From the IMG/VR virus record IMGVR_UViG_3300009498_000007, positions 1 to 52,926 of that record: a stretch of DNA of 52,926 nucleotides. The stretch is one strand, 5' to 3'. Source of the DNA: a virus. Its lineage: Duplodnaviria; Caudoviricetes. A program made the position numbers and the translations under genes. Below are positions 6,722-17,269 of this stretch, in pieces. A model generated the notes under the pieces. It was not told the origin of the DNA, made no database searches, and was given only the letters and a program-made list of their open reading frames with translations. The first letter of the stretch is position 1, and every line of letters starts with the position of its first letter.

Positions 6722-9472
6722 ATGGCTGACGGCTTAACCCCAGAACAAATATCAAGAGCGTTTCTTGATGCAATGCGAGAATACAATTCTGGCGGTAATT
6801 TACCTGGAGCAGGTGGTGCTGGCGGCGGTAGATCGACTGGTCCTTCCGTAGGAACTCCAGCCGCTGATATGGGCGGCATAATCAAACAAGTCAAAGAATA
6901 CACTGATAAAGTTAAAAAAGGTAACGGTGCATTAGATTCGTATACCAGAATGATGCAACTTGCTGGTGGAAACTATGTTGATGTTTCACAACAATTATCT
7001 AGTTTAGATAAAGCTATTGCTAAAGCCAAAGCTTCTGAAGATCTAAATACTCAAGCCACATTAGAAAATACAAGAGCAGAACTAGCACAAACAGCAGAAG
7101 TTAAAAACGTAAACGCTATGATGAAAACGTTTGCGGCAACTACTATAAAATCAATTGCCGCGGCCGCTCCAGCAGTTGGAAACTTTGTTAAAGGTTTACA
7201 AAGTGGTGCTAGTGCTAACGAACTATCATCAGGATTAATGACAGCTGGTGTTGATGTAGCCAATGGAGCCGCACAAGGACTAGCCGCAGGAATGAGTGGT
7301 GCTGGTAGTGCAATGGCAATGTTGCCTGGACCAGCGGGAATGGCAGGTAAAGCCATGGCAGTGCTTGGTCCGATTGTTGGTAACGTGGCAAGTGGTATGT
7401 CAAAACTTGCTAAAACTGGTATTAGCATAATGCAAAAAGAAGTAGCACGTACCACTACCGTTTTTACTAATGCAAGTAGATCCGGAGCATTGTTTGCAGA
7501 TGGTATGACAGGCATGAAAAATGCCGCTAAAGATGCAGGATTAACTACAGAACAATATAGCAAAGTATTACAAAGTAATAGTTCTGCACTTGCCGCCGCT
7601 GGTATGGGTGTAGCAGAAGGTAGTTTATTACTTGGTGCAACCCTGAAAAAGGGTGGCGGAGAAATGCGCCGAGAGCTATTGAACTTAGGTTATAATTTTG
7701 AAGAGCAAGGTGAACTAGTTGCTGAGACTATGGCAAACATGCGTCAAAGTGGTAAAGCACTTACACAAGGCGATACAGCCGCTATTGCAGACCAAACTCG
7801 AAAGTATGCCGAAAACCTTAGAATTGTTTCATCTATTACAGGTGAAGATGCTAAGAAGAAAATGGATCAAGTTAAAGCTGAAGCACAACAACTAGCCTTC
7901 CAACAACAACTTGCAGGTATGGATGCAAAAGAGCGTGATAACATTATTCAGGCTATGTCAATGATGAGTGACCAACAACGCAAAAACTTCCAAGAAAGTT
8001 TGGTGTTTGGTCAAGTTATTAACAAAGAAGGCGCCGCACTAGAATCAACCAGTTCATCTTATGCCGCTAGTACACAAGCGATGGTTGATGCGGCCAAAAA
8101 TGGAACACTTGATGCCGCTAAAGCAAGAATAATTATTGCTGATTCAAGTGCAGGTATTAAGAAAGACCTACTAGCACAAAAAGAAATTGGCATGGCAGGT
8201 ATGGCTGGTGTCTCCGGTCTTGCAGGAAGCCTTAACACGGCAATGGGCTTAGAGTTACAATATAGAAATAAATGGAATGCTGACGCTATGAAAAAAGCCG
8301 AAGACGCCGCAAAAGCTCAAAAGAAAACAGATGATGAAGTAACAACTACAGTAGTTGACAATATGAAGATCGCACAAGATCTTGCAGTAAAAACTGAAGC
8401 TGAATTATCTAAATTATTACCACTGTTTACAGACTTCCAAAACAAAACACTTTCAATGACCAAACAATTAGTTGATGCAGTGTCAGGTGCCGCTCAAGAT
8501 TCAAAAGGCAAGAATGAAGACGGCAGTGACAAAGACTGGGTTGAAAAACAAATGAACAAAGTTGGTCTTTCAAAACAATCAGATGAAAATGCAGGTGTTG
8601 GCGGAGCTCTTAAAGGTGCCGCTACTGGTGCAATGACTGGTGCAATGGTAGGATCACTTGTTCCTGTTGTTGGTACTGCAATAGGCGCCGCAGTTGGTGG
8701 TATTATTGGAGGAGCATTAGGTTGGTTCTCCAAAGGTAGTTCTGATGGTGGTATTGTTACTGGTGCTAACGAAGGCTTCTTACACAAGTTACACGGAACT
8801 GAATTGATTGTGCCACTAGACAACGGCAAACCCAGAGAAAGTTCTAAAGGTTACGAACATGCAATGAATATATTTGGTAAAGGCAGTAGCACAGTAGAAG
8901 AAGCTGTTGGAGCCGCTGGCAAGGTTGCTAAAAGTGCATGGGGTTGGGCCAAAAAAACATTGTTTGGCGGCGGAGATGAAGAAGAAGGTGCCGCTTCGGG
9001 TGAAAAACAAGGAGGCGCATTATCAGCGTTAGCTAAGTTACCTGGACCAATTGGAGCAGTTGCTGATGGTGTAAAAGCTATTGGAAGTTGGTTTGGTGGT
9101 GGCAAAAAAGACGCAGAAGCAACAGCATCAAACGAAAAAGAATCATCGAGTGGAGGTTTATTTGGTGCTCTTAAGAGTATTGTTGGAATTAGAGAGAAAG
9201 ACGAACCTGGAGGTATACTAGACAGTATTGTAAGTAAAGTATCTTCGGTTGTAGCGGAAGTTAAAGAAGATGTTGTTGAAGCACTAGGTGGCGGAGATGA
9301 AGTTCGTGACCCGGATCGCCAGGCCGCAATGGCAGACGATAGCCCAATGAAAGCCGTATTAGACGAACAACTACAAGTATTATACCAATTACAAATGCAT
9401 CTTGCAAATATTGATGGTACTGGCAACGAAACAGTTGCCTACCAAAGAACATTGGTAGAGAATACTTGGTAA
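6722..9472 (+). CDS. Tail tape measure protein
   Basis: 916 aa, Ala/Gly/Met-rich helical composition, glycine-zipper segment, DGGIV...LHGTELIVPL motif; adjacent to chaperone-like gene. Confidence 0.75.
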   Translation: MADGLTPEQISRAFLDAMREYNSGGNLPGAGGAGGGRSTGPSVGTPAADMGGIIKQVKEYTDKVKKGNGALDSYTRMMQLAGGNYVDVSQQLSSLDKAIAKAKASEDLNTQATLENTRAELAQTAEVKNVNAMMKTFAATTIKSIAAAAPAVGNFVKGLQSGASANELSSGLMTAGVDVANGAAQGLAAGMSGAGSAMAMLPGPAGMAGKAMAVLGPIVGNVASGMSKLAKTGISIMQKEVARTTTVFTNASRSGALFADGMTGMKNAAKDAGLTTEQYSKVLQSNSSALAAAGMGVAEGSLLLGATLKKGGGEMRRELLNLGYNFEEQGELVAETMANMRQSGKALTQGDTAAIADQTRKYAENLRIVSSITGEDAKKKMDQVKAEAQQLAFQQQLAGMDAKERDNIIQAMSMMSDQQRKNFQESLVFGQVINKEGAALESTSSSYAASTQAMVDAAKNGTLDAAKARIIIADSSAGIKKDLLAQKEIGMAGMAGVSGLAGSLNTAMGLELQYRNKWNADAMKKAEDAAKAQKKTDDEVTTTVVDNMKIAQDLAVKTEAELSKLLPLFTDFQNKTLSMTKQLVDAVSGAAQDSKGKNEDGSDKDWVEKQMNKVGLSKQSDENAGVGGALKGAATGAMTGAMVGSLVPVVGTAIGAAVGGIIGGALGWFSKGSSDGGIVTGANEGFLHKLHGTELIVPLDNGKPRESSKGYEHAMNIFGKGSSTVEEAVGAAGKVAKSAWGWAKKTLFGGGDEEEGAASGEKQGGALSALAKLPGPIGAVADGVKAIGSWFGGGKKDAEATASNEKESSSGGLFGALKSIVGIREKDEPGGILDSIVSKVSSVVAEVKEDVVEALGGGDEVRDPDRQAAMADDSPMKAVLDEQLQVLYQLQMHLANIDGTGNETVAYQRTLVENTW

Positions 9473-9514
9473 AAAAACTAAATATACACATATAATAAAC
9501 TAGGTAGTAACAGA

Positions 9515-11248
9515 ATGAGTTGGAAAAAATATTTTAAAGCATCGAGTGTTCCAGGAGCAATGTCTGGAAACGTAAGCCCTATTTCAGGCTCGAGAAGTCA
9601 ACCAGCTGATTCAGCATACAGAAACTACCAAAGTAATTTACCAGAAATTTATGTAGGCCATCCAAACCGTATTGATCGTTATAACCAATATGAACAAATG
9701 GACCTTGACAGTGAAGTTAATGCCGCATTAGATATTATTTCGGAATTTTGCACACAGAAAAATGAATCAAACAATACACCATTTGACTTTCACTTTAACG
9801 ATAAACCAACAGACAACGAAGTTACTATTATTAACGAACAGTTGTTACAATGGGTAAACTTAAACGATCTTAATAAAAGAATGTTTAAAATTATTCGTAA
9901 TACTATTAAGTATGGAGATCAAGTATTTTTACGTGATCCAGAAACATTCAAATTATATTGGTCTGAAATGGCCAACGTTACAAAAATTATTGTTAACGAA
10001 GCTGAAGGTAAAGAACCTGAGCAGTATATTCTTAAAGATTTAAATCCTAACTTTGAAAACTTAACAGCTACAGCAGTTCATTCAAGTGATGCATACGTTA
10101 ATACTCCAAACGTTGGATCTGGAAATCAAAGTAGTAGTACTGCTTATATGCAAAATACAAATGCAGGAGTTTCCGGCGGGCGGTTTAGTGCAAGCCAAAG
10201 CGAAAGTGTAATTGATGCAGAACACGTTGTTCACCTAAGTTTAACAGAAGGGCTTGATATGTTTTGGCCTTTTGGTAACAGTGTTCTTGAAACAGTGTTT
10301 AAAGTTTTCAAACAAAAAGAATTACTTGAAGATGCTATTATTATTTACAGAGTGCAACGAGCACCAGAGCGTAGAATTTTCAAAATTGATGTAGGTAATA
10401 TGCCTACACACATGGCAATGGCTTTTGTTGAACGTGTTAAAAACGAAATACACCAGCGTAGAATTCCAACTCAATCTGGTGGCGGTGTTAATATGATGGA
10501 TGCTACATATAATCCATTAAGCACAAACGAAGATTTCTTTTTTCCAACTACAGCAGACGGCCGCGGTTCAAACGTTGAAACATTACCAGGCGGAACTAAT
10601 TTAGGAGAAATAACAGATTTAAGATTCTTCTCAAATAAATTGTTCCGTGGATTACGTATTCCGAGTAGTTACTTGCCAACTGGCATGGACGACGGAACAC
10701 AAAGTTATACAGACGGGCGTGTTGGTACAGCGTTAATTCAAGAATGGAGATTCAATCAATATTGTAAAAGATTACAAGCAATGATTGTTGATAAACTTAA
10801 CACCGAGTTTAAAATGTTCTTGCGTTGGAGAGGTTTTAATATTGACAATCAACTGTTTGATTTAATATTTGAAGAACCACAAAACTTTGCTCAGTATAGA
10901 CAAGCAGACATTGATAGTGCTCGTATTGCAACGTTTACACAATTAGAGGCTTTTCCTTATATGAGTAAGCGTTTTTTAATGCAACGTTACTTAGGTATGA
11001 GCGAAGCTGAATTAGCTGAAAATGAAATAATGTGGAATGAAGAGCAAGGCAAAGCAGATACATCAATGACAGGAGATCCGAGTTTACGTAATGTTGGTAT
11101 TACTCCTGGTGGTATTGAAGGAGATTTAACTGATACTGAAGTCCCAGATGAAGAAGGTGGCGAAGAAGGTGCAGTTGATGATGCAGGAGCCGCTGAGACA
11201 CCAGTTCCAGATGCTCCAACAGTAGATGCCGCTGGAAATCCTCTATAA
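9515..11248 (+). CDS. gp20: Portal protein (T4 gp20)
   Basis: LLEDAIIIYRVQRAPERRIFKIDVGNMP, EDFFFP, VETLPGG, LRIPSS; acidic tail. Confidence 0.95.
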   Translation: MSWKKYFKASSVPGAMSGNVSPISGSRSQPADSAYRNYQSNLPEIYVGHPNRIDRYNQYEQMDLDSEVNAALDIISEFCTQKNESNNTPFDFHFNDKPTDNEVTIINEQLLQWVNLNDLNKRMFKIIRNTIKYGDQVFLRDPETFKLYWSEMANVTKIIVNEAEGKEPEQYILKDLNPNFENLTATAVHSSDAYVNTPNVGSGNQSSSTAYMQNTNAGVSGGRFSASQSESVIDAEHVVHLSLTEGLDMFWPFGNSVLETVFKVFKQKELLEDAIIIYRVQRAPERRIFKIDVGNMPTHMAMAFVERVKNEIHQRRIPTQSGGGVNMMDATYNPLSTNEDFFFPTTADGRGSNVETLPGGTNLGEITDLRFFSNKLFRGLRIPSSYLPTGMDDGTQSYTDGRVGTALIQEWRFNQYCKRLQAMIVDKLNTEFKMFLRWRGFNIDNQLFDLIFEEPQNFAQYRQADIDSARIATFTQLEAFPYMSKRFLMQRYLGMSEAELAENEIMWNEEQGKADTSMTGDPSLRNVGITPGGIEGDLTDTEVPDEEGGEEGAVDDAGAAETPVPDAPTVDAAGNPL

Positions 11249-11261
11249 GGTAAATAGTTTT

Positions 11262-11495
11262 ATGTTATTAACTGAATTCTTTAAATCAGCGGATACACCG
11301 CACTATGTTGAAAAAGACGATGAAAGCATTATTCGTACAAATGATACACGAAAAGTTCGCTTGACTCTGTTACATCTAAATCGTTTGCGTAGTGCAAATG
11401 ATGTGCGTAAGTACGAAGATGAACAAAAAACTCAATCTTTAAAGGATCAATATGCTAAACCAGCAGATGACGAGGCTGGTGGATTAGACGTATAA
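11262..11495 (+). CDS. Small hypothetical head-region protein (77 aa)
   Basis: Track ORF 11226..11495; ATG 11262 (MLLTEFF) lies 5 nt after GGTAAATA and avoids overlap with portal. Confidence 0.7.
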   Translation: MLLTEFFKSADTPHYVEKDDESIIRTNDTRKVRLTLLHLNRLRSANDVRKYEDEQKTQSLKDQYAKPADDEAGGLDV

Positions 11496-11527
11496 CATAT
11501 CCTCCAACTTAAGAACATTTTGTCTAT

Positions 11528-11564
11528 AAAAAAGCAGTAATCCATAAAATTACTGCTTTTTTTT
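11528..11564. terminator. Bidirectional intrinsic terminator
   Basis: AAAAAAGCAGTAAT / ATTACTGCTTTTTT inverted repeat with A and T tracts. Confidence 0.75.
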
Positions 11565-11681
11565 CTTTTTGACTCAAAAACACCGTAAAAGTACCTGTAT
11601 TATATATAAAGTATGCAGTTATAGTAAATACATTACAAAGGTATTATATGCAAAGCCTTAATTATCACGAGAGGAGTTCCT

Positions 11682-12530
11682 ATGAACAAGTACGAAAAGT
11701 TAATCGATCTTATCATTAGCGAAGACGAAGAAAAAGCAAAAGGTCTTTTTCACGAGATTGTTGTAGAGAAAAGTAAAACAATCTATGAGTCATTAATGGA
11801 TGATGAAATCGCAGAAGAGATTACAGATGACAAAGTTGGTGATCTTGCACAGGACGTTGAAGCCGATGAAGAAGGTGTAAACGAAGAAGACGATGAAATG
11901 GAAATGGAATTAGATGCTGAAGCTGGCGATGACGGCGAAATGGGCATTGATGACATGGATATTGATGACGGTGCTGAAGAAGGTGGCGACGAAGCGCCAG
12001 CTACTAAAGGCGACGTAATGGATCTAGAAAGTGCAATTGATGAACTCAGAGTTGAGTTTGACAAAATCATGGACACAGTAGACGCAGATGGCGATGGCGA
12101 CCACGATATGGAAGACCATGAAGACGCTGGTGAAGAAGCTGAAGTTGATGATGAAGAAACAGAAGAGAGTGTACAATTTGAATCTGCTGATGAAGAAGCT
12201 GAAGACGACGAAGAAGTTGCTGAAGCTGAAGAAGTAGATGAAGCTGAAGAAGTCATTGAAGAAGACGACGGACAAGAAGATTTAGACAGACTACGCGAAT
12301 ATGTTGAAAAAGTTGCCGGTGTTCCAAACACAGGCGGCGCAGACAACAATAGTTCTGTTGTAGCTGGCAAAAACGACATGGGCGGCGAAGCTGGAAACAT
12401 TGCACAAGGTGGCGATGAAAAAGGCGGCAAAGTTGCATCACCTAAAGTTGATTCCGATGGTAATGTAAACGTTCCTGGTGGTAAAGCAAGTAAGTTGGCA
12501 CCGGCTCCTAAGCCTAAGTCAGCAGAATAA
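11682..12530 (+). CDS. Highly acidic prohead core protein (gp67-like position)
   Basis: Extremely Asp/Glu-rich, lies between portal and protease, SD GAGGAG, late promoter AGTAAATA at 11623. Confidence 0.65.
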   Translation: MNKYEKLIDLIISEDEEKAKGLFHEIVVEKSKTIYESLMDDEIAEEITDDKVGDLAQDVEADEEGVNEEDDEMEMELDAEAGDDGEMGIDDMDIDDGAEEGGDEAPATKGDVMDLESAIDELRVEFDKIMDTVDADGDGDHDMEDHEDAGEEAEVDDEETEESVQFESADEEAEDDEEVAEAEEVDEAEEVIEEDDGQEDLDRLREYVEKVAGVPNTGGADNNSSVVAGKNDMGGEAGNIAQGGDEKGGKVASPKVDSDGNVNVPGGKASKLAPAPKPKSAE

Positions 12531-12542
12531 TAGGGCTTAATA

Positions 12543-13178
12543 ATGGCTTTGTATCTTAGAGAAACTCTTACTTCTAACCAAGCTCAACTCGTAACGGAAT
12601 CTGAGGACGGCAAGGACGGAAGTAAGAATCTTTATATGAAAGGTATTTTCATTGAGGGTGGTGTTAAGAATGCCAACCAACGTGTATATCCTGTTAACGA
12701 AATCGAAAAAGCCGTAACAGCTATTACTGAACAAATCAAAAGTGGATACAGTGTTCTAGGTGAAGTAGATCACCCAGATGATTTGAAAATAAACTTAGAC
12801 CGAGTTTCGCACATGATCACAGATATGTGGATGGACGGACCGTGCGGTTATGGAAAACTAAAAGTCTTACCAACACCAATGGGTAAGATGGTTCAGAGTA
12901 TGTCTGATGCAGGTGTTATGCTAGGTGTTAGCTCACGTGGATCAGGAGACGTAAATGAGGCGTCAGGACATGTCAGCAATTTTGATATTATTACTGTTGA
13001 CATTGTAGCACAACCCAGTGCTCCACATGCATATCCTAAAGCAATCTATGAAAGTTTGCTTAATATGACTGGTGGCCATAAAGCTCTTGGGATAGCAGAA
13101 GAAGCTGTCCACGATCAAAGAGTACAAAAGTACTTGAAAGAGACGGTAACACGTCTAATCAAAGAACTGAAATTATAG
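12543..13178 (+). CDS. gp21: Prohead protease (T4 gp21)
   Basis: GIFIEGGVKNANQRVYP, LGEVDHP, INLDRVSH, GVSSRGSG, DIVAQPSAP. Confidence 0.95.
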   Translation: MALYLRETLTSNQAQLVTESEDGKDGSKNLYMKGIFIEGGVKNANQRVYPVNEIEKAVTAITEQIKSGYSVLGEVDHPDDLKINLDRVSHMITDMWMDGPCGYGKLKVLPTPMGKMVQSMSDAGVMLGVSSRGSGDVNEASGHVSNFDIITVDIVAQPSAPHAYPKAIYESLLNMTGGHKALGIAEEAVHDQRVQKYLKETVTRLIKELKL

Positions 13179-13189
13179 GAGAAAAATCT

Positions 13190-14293
13190 ATGTTTGATGC
13201 TTTAAAACCATTGTTAGAAAGTGGCATCGTAAATGAAGAAACTCGTGTAGCGATTGCAGAAGCTTGGGAAACTAAGTTATCTGAGGCTCGTGAAGAAATT
13301 CGTGCAGAAATGCGTGATGAGTTTTCTCAGAAGTTTGACCACGATAAAGGCGTAATGGTAGAAGCTCTAGACAAGATGGTAACCGAAAATTTAACAACAG
13401 AAATTGAAGAATTCCAAGCTGAGAAAAAGCAACTAGCAGAAGACCGTGCAAAGTTTAATGTACGTATGGTTGAAGCCAGTGAAAAGTTTGATAAGTTCAT
13501 GGTCACTAAGTTGGCTGAAGAAATTAAAGAACTACGTAATGATCGCAAAACATACGAGAATAGCATTGCTAAACTTGAAAAGTTTGTTGTCAAATCTCTT
13601 GCAGAAGAAATCCAAGAATTCGAACAAGACAAAAAAGCAGTTGTTGAGACTAAAGTACGTCTAGTAGCCGAAGCCAAAGGAAAAATGGCAGAGCTAAAAG
13701 AAGGCTTTATTAAGAAATCATCAGCTCTTGTTAAAGAAGCAGTTACTTCAAAGCTAGAGTCGGAATTGGCTCAACTTAAAGAAGACATTACAATCGCCAG
13801 AGAAAATATGTTTGGAAGAAAAATTTATGAAGCAGTTGCAAGTGAATTTGCTGTTACTCATTTAAATGAGAACAAAGAAATCGCTAAATTGCATCAGAAA
13901 ATTAAAGACTCTGAAGATAAACTTGCCGAAGCTACTAAGGCAATTGACGACGCTAATGTAATCGTTGAGACAAAATCCAAAGAGATCCGTATTATTAAAG
14001 AATCACAAGAGCGTAAGGAAACCCTTGCTTCTCTATTGAAACCTTTGAATAAGGAAAAAGCCACAGTTATGCGTGAGCTTCTCGAGTCAGTTGAGACAAC
14101 TAAGTTACAATCTCAATTTGACAAATATCTATCAGCAGTATTAGGTGGTACTAATTCAACTAAGACAAAAAAAGTCGTAGTAGAATCCACTGAAGCTACT
14201 GGAAATAAGAAATCTGTAAGTCCTTCTGTAGAAGCTGATGATAGTCAAGATGCTACTGTCATTGAGTTGAAGAAACTTGCAGGGCTTAGATAA
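13190..14293 (+). CDS. gp22: Prohead core scaffold protein (T4 gp22)
   Basis: Glu/Lys coiled-coil protein between protease and major capsid genes. Confidence 0.85.
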   Translation: MFDALKPLLESGIVNEETRVAIAEAWETKLSEAREEIRAEMRDEFSQKFDHDKGVMVEALDKMVTENLTTEIEEFQAEKKQLAEDRAKFNVRMVEASEKFDKFMVTKLAEEIKELRNDRKTYENSIAKLEKFVVKSLAEEIQEFEQDKKAVVETKVRLVAEAKGKMAELKEGFIKKSSALVKEAVTSKLESELAQLKEDITIARENMFGRKIYEAVASEFAVTHLNENKEIAKLHQKIKDSEDKLAEATKAIDDANVIVETKSKEIRIIKESQERKETLASLLKPLNKEKATVMRELLESVETTKLQSQFDKYLSAVLGGTNSTKTKKVVVESTEATGNKKSVSPSVEADDSQDATVIELKKLAGLR

Positions 14294-14320
14294 TAATATA
14301 CCCATAGGAGATAAGGTAAA

Positions 14321-15493
14321 ATGAAAACAGCATTATTAGAAGGCCGTTGGGGCGAGACAAAAGATGCCCTGCTAGAAGGTCTACAAGGAACAAAGCGTTC
14401 TACAATGAGTGTAGTCTTAGAAAATACTAAAGGCGCACTACTTAACGAAGCAACAGCTGGCGCAACTCAAGCTGGTAACGTAGCAACTCTTAACAGAGTT
14501 ATCCTACCTGTTATCAGACGTGTAATGCCAACAGTTATTGCTAACGAAATCGTTGGTGTTCAACCACTAACAAGCCCTGTATCACAAATCCACACTCTAC
14601 GTGTTCGTTATGCTGATACAGTAGCCGGCGATGCGGCCGCAGACGGCGCATCAGCAGGTGAAGAAGCACTATCACCATTTAAGGTTGCTACTGCTTATTC
14701 AGGAACAAGTGCAGGTAAAGCAAGTCCAACAGCTACAGCTGAAGGTGTTGCAGGTAACCGCATCAACGTTCAAATCATGAAGCAAACAGTCGAAGCAAAA
14801 TCCAGAAAGCTATCAGCTCGCTGGACATTTGAAGCGGCTCAAGACGCACAAGCAATGCATGGTGTTGACGTTGAAGCAGAAATCATGGCCGCACTAGCAC
14901 AAGAAATTACTGTTGAAATTGATCAGGAAATTCTTGGTTCACTACGTTCATTAGCTTCTACAGGATTCAGCTACGATCAAGCCGCTGTATCAGGTACTGC
15001 TACTTTCGTTGGTGACGAGCATGCCGCTCTAGCAGTTATTGTTAACAGAGCCGCTAACAGAATCGCTCAGCGTACACGTCGTGGCGCTGGTAACTGGGCA
15101 GTTGTTTCACCAGCCGCTCTAACAGTTCTACAAAGTGCTACAACTTCAGCGTTCGCAAGAACAACTGAAGGTTCTTTTGAGGCACCAACTAACACTAAGA
15201 TGGTTGGTACTCTTAACGGTGCAATGAAAGTGTTTGTTGATTCATTCGCTTCTGACTCAGCACCAGTACTAGTAGGCTACAAAGGTTCTGCAGAATCAGA
15301 CGCCGCGGCATTCTATTGCCCATACGTGCCATTAATGAGCACAGGCGTTGTACTAGATCCATCTACACTAGAGCCAGTAGTAGGCTTTATGACACGTTAC
15401 GGATACATTGAACTTACAAACACTGCAAGTTCATTGGGTAACGCGGCTGATTATCTAGAATCAATTAGCATGTCTAACCTATCATTCATCTAA
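14321..15493 (+). CDS. gp23: Major capsid protein (T4 gp23)
   Basis: IRRVMP..IANEIVGVQP, VEAKSRKLSARWTFEAAQD, EITVEIDQEI, FYCPYVPL, GFMTRYG. Confidence 0.97.
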   Translation: MKTALLEGRWGETKDALLEGLQGTKRSTMSVVLENTKGALLNEATAGATQAGNVATLNRVILPVIRRVMPTVIANEIVGVQPLTSPVSQIHTLRVRYADTVAGDAAADGASAGEEALSPFKVATAYSGTSAGKASPTATAEGVAGNRINVQIMKQTVEAKSRKLSARWTFEAAQDAQAMHGVDVEAEIMAALAQEITVEIDQEILGSLRSLASTGFSYDQAAVSGTATFVGDEHAALAVIVNRAANRIAQRTRRGAGNWAVVSPAALTVLQSATTSAFARTTEGSFEAPTNTKMVGTLNGAMKVFVDSFASDSAPVLVGYKGSAESDAAAFYCPYVPLMSTGVVLDPSTLEPVVGFMTRYGYIELTNTASSLGNAADYLESISMSNLSFI

Positions 15494-15517
15494 GTCTTAC
15501 TTAGAAGAATACCATTT

Positions 15518-15545
15518 AGAAAGGTCCTTCGGGGCCTTTCTTTTT
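15518..15545 (+). terminator. Intrinsic terminator after major capsid gene
   Basis: AGAAAGGTCC-TTCG-GGGCCTTTCT followed by T tract (cUUCGg loop). Confidence 0.9.
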
Positions 15546-15561
15546 GACTATAAATATTGCT

Positions 15562-15900
15562 ATGTTATTAGATAGTAAATATTTTGAAGGAACTGATATG
15601 ATATCAAGTACGGCTTGGGTTAAAGGCGGTACTTCTCCTTGTGTTGGCGATATAATTGAGCAAATTGATTCAACTAGTTTTATAGTAAAAACAGTTGAAG
15701 GTAAAAGCGATTGCACTCTTGTTAAAAGAGTACGAAATCCTGGTGAAATGTCAATAACAGCAACTCATTATCAGCGTGGAGCATTTAATATAGTAGAAAT
15801 TTTACCTGAAACAGTATTGCATCCAGACGGAACAACATATAATTGGGTTACAGGTGCAAGGAATGCTTTTGGTGATACCGTAGGTTTAGTTTCATTATAA
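15562..15900 (+). CDS. Hypothetical virion protein
   Basis: Track ORF 15544..15900; ATG 15562 lies 5 nt after TATAAATA (15549-15556). Confidence 0.65.
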   Translation: MLLDSKYFEGTDMISSTAWVKGGTSPCVGDIIEQIDSTSFIVKTVEGKSDCTLVKRVRNPGEMSITATHYQRGAFNIVEILPETVLHPDGTTYNWVTGARNAFGDTVGLVSL

Positions 15901-15950
15901 CTTTATCTACGCATAAATACAAAAGAATAAGAATCATAAGGTGAGACAAT

Positions 15951-16481
15951 ATGCCCGCAACAAAAAAAGTAAATGACCATTATTATATCACTTCTCCGGA
16001 AGTTACTATTACAGGTAACCTAACAGTTAGTGGTGCCCAAGCAAGTGTTACTTCAACTGATAGTGTTATCACAGATAGACAGATCGTTCTTAATAATGGA
16101 GAAGCAGGCGCAGGTATTACAGGTCAATTAAAATCAGGTATTGAAATTGATAGAGGAACGCTTGATAATGCTATTTTAGTATTTGATGAAGCTGACGATC
16201 GTTGGAAGATTTCAACTGATGGCGGCGCTACATACCGTTTCATTCTTTCTACTACAAGTGCAAGTGGAGGAACTGACGTTGTTAGTGATACTACTCCGCA
16301 TTTAGGTGGAAATTTAGAAATTGATGGCTTTAACATTCAACACGCAGGCGATAACGTGTCAATGGTTTTTGACGATGAAGGTTTTGGCGATAGTGGAGTT
16401 TATATGACAAACGATACTGTAACTACCCATGAACTAGTCACAATGAAAAAAGCGAAACTTATCGCATACGTATTAGGATAA
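15951..16481 (+). CDS. Virion structural / fibre-associated protein
   Basis: ITGNLTVSG..ITDRQIVLNNGE..SGIEIDRG..FDEADDRW module also present in downstream fibre genes; late promoter CATAAATA at 15912. Confidence 0.7.
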   Translation: MPATKKVNDHYYITSPEVTITGNLTVSGAQASVTSTDSVITDRQIVLNNGEAGAGITGQLKSGIEIDRGTLDNAILVFDEADDRWKISTDGGATYRFILSTTSASGGTDVVSDTTPHLGGNLEIDGFNIQHAGDNVSMVFDDEGFGDSGVYMTNDTVTTHELVTMKKAKLIAYVLG

Positions 16482-16487
16482 AATAAA

Positions 16488-16799
16488 ATGGCAATTCAAA
16501 ATACTACATTAACAAGTACTGCCCAGGATTTACTACCTACAGTAGGAACTAGAGCTATTACATCAGTTTATTTTCAAAATAATCACTCTGGTGCAGTAAC
16601 TATAGATATACATGTTATCCCAAGTGGTGATACAGCAGGAAATACAAATAGGATTTATAAAGAAGTTAATATCAACTCCGGTGATACACTTATTATTAGT
16701 ACTGAAAAAATTATACTAGGTAATGGTGATATGATGCAGGCTACAGCGTCAGTAGACAACGTGGTATTTGCAACATGCAGTCACACAAGTTTTAGTTAA
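16488..16799 (+). CDS. Small beta-rich virion protein
   Basis: 103 aa ORF in late structural operon. Confidence 0.65.
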   Translation: MAIQNTTLTSTAQDLLPTVGTRAITSVYFQNNHSGAVTIDIHVIPSGDTAGNTNRIYKEVNINSGDTLIISTEKIILGNGDMMQATASVDNVVFATCSHTSFS

Positions 16800-16808
16800 G
16801 GTTGAACA

Positions 16809-17255
16809 ATGGCATATTACTTAAAAACTCCCGAAGCACTTGGTAGCACTTCACCTACAAAAGCAATACAAATTCCGGTATCACTAAGTGGTGCTGATAA
16901 TCCTCCAGTATTACAAGACGGAATGCTTAGATACAATTCAGTCACTAGTTGCATTGAATTTGGAATAAACGCCGCATGGCGCAAGGTTGCAAAAGTTGGT
17001 AATGCAACAATTACATCACAAGATACAGTAGGAGATGGTACAGCTACAGATTTTGTATTGACAAATACAGTAGCGACAGTACACGATATTGTAGTCTTTG
17101 TAGGAGGAGTATATCAACAACCTACAGCAAATTATACAGTAGCAACCAATGCTAGTACTACCACTCTTACATTCACAAGTCCACCACCAGCACCTGGGGC
17201 CAATCCTAACAGAATTGTAATATTGTATAATGTAAATAGCACTGACGCAGTCTAA
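16809..17255 (+). CDS. Virion structural protein (fibre adaptor-like)
   Basis: GMLRYN and GDGT..F.L...VFVGGVYQQP..NY modules shared with 20650 and 26218 ORFs. Confidence 0.65.
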   Translation: MAYYLKTPEALGSTSPTKAIQIPVSLSGADNPPVLQDGMLRYNSVTSCIEFGINAAWRKVAKVGNATITSQDTVGDGTATDFVLTNTVATVHDIVVFVGGVYQQPTANYTVATNASTTTLTFTSPPPAPGANPNRIVILYNVNSTDAV

Positions 17256-17269
17256 GGAGCACTTATCAA

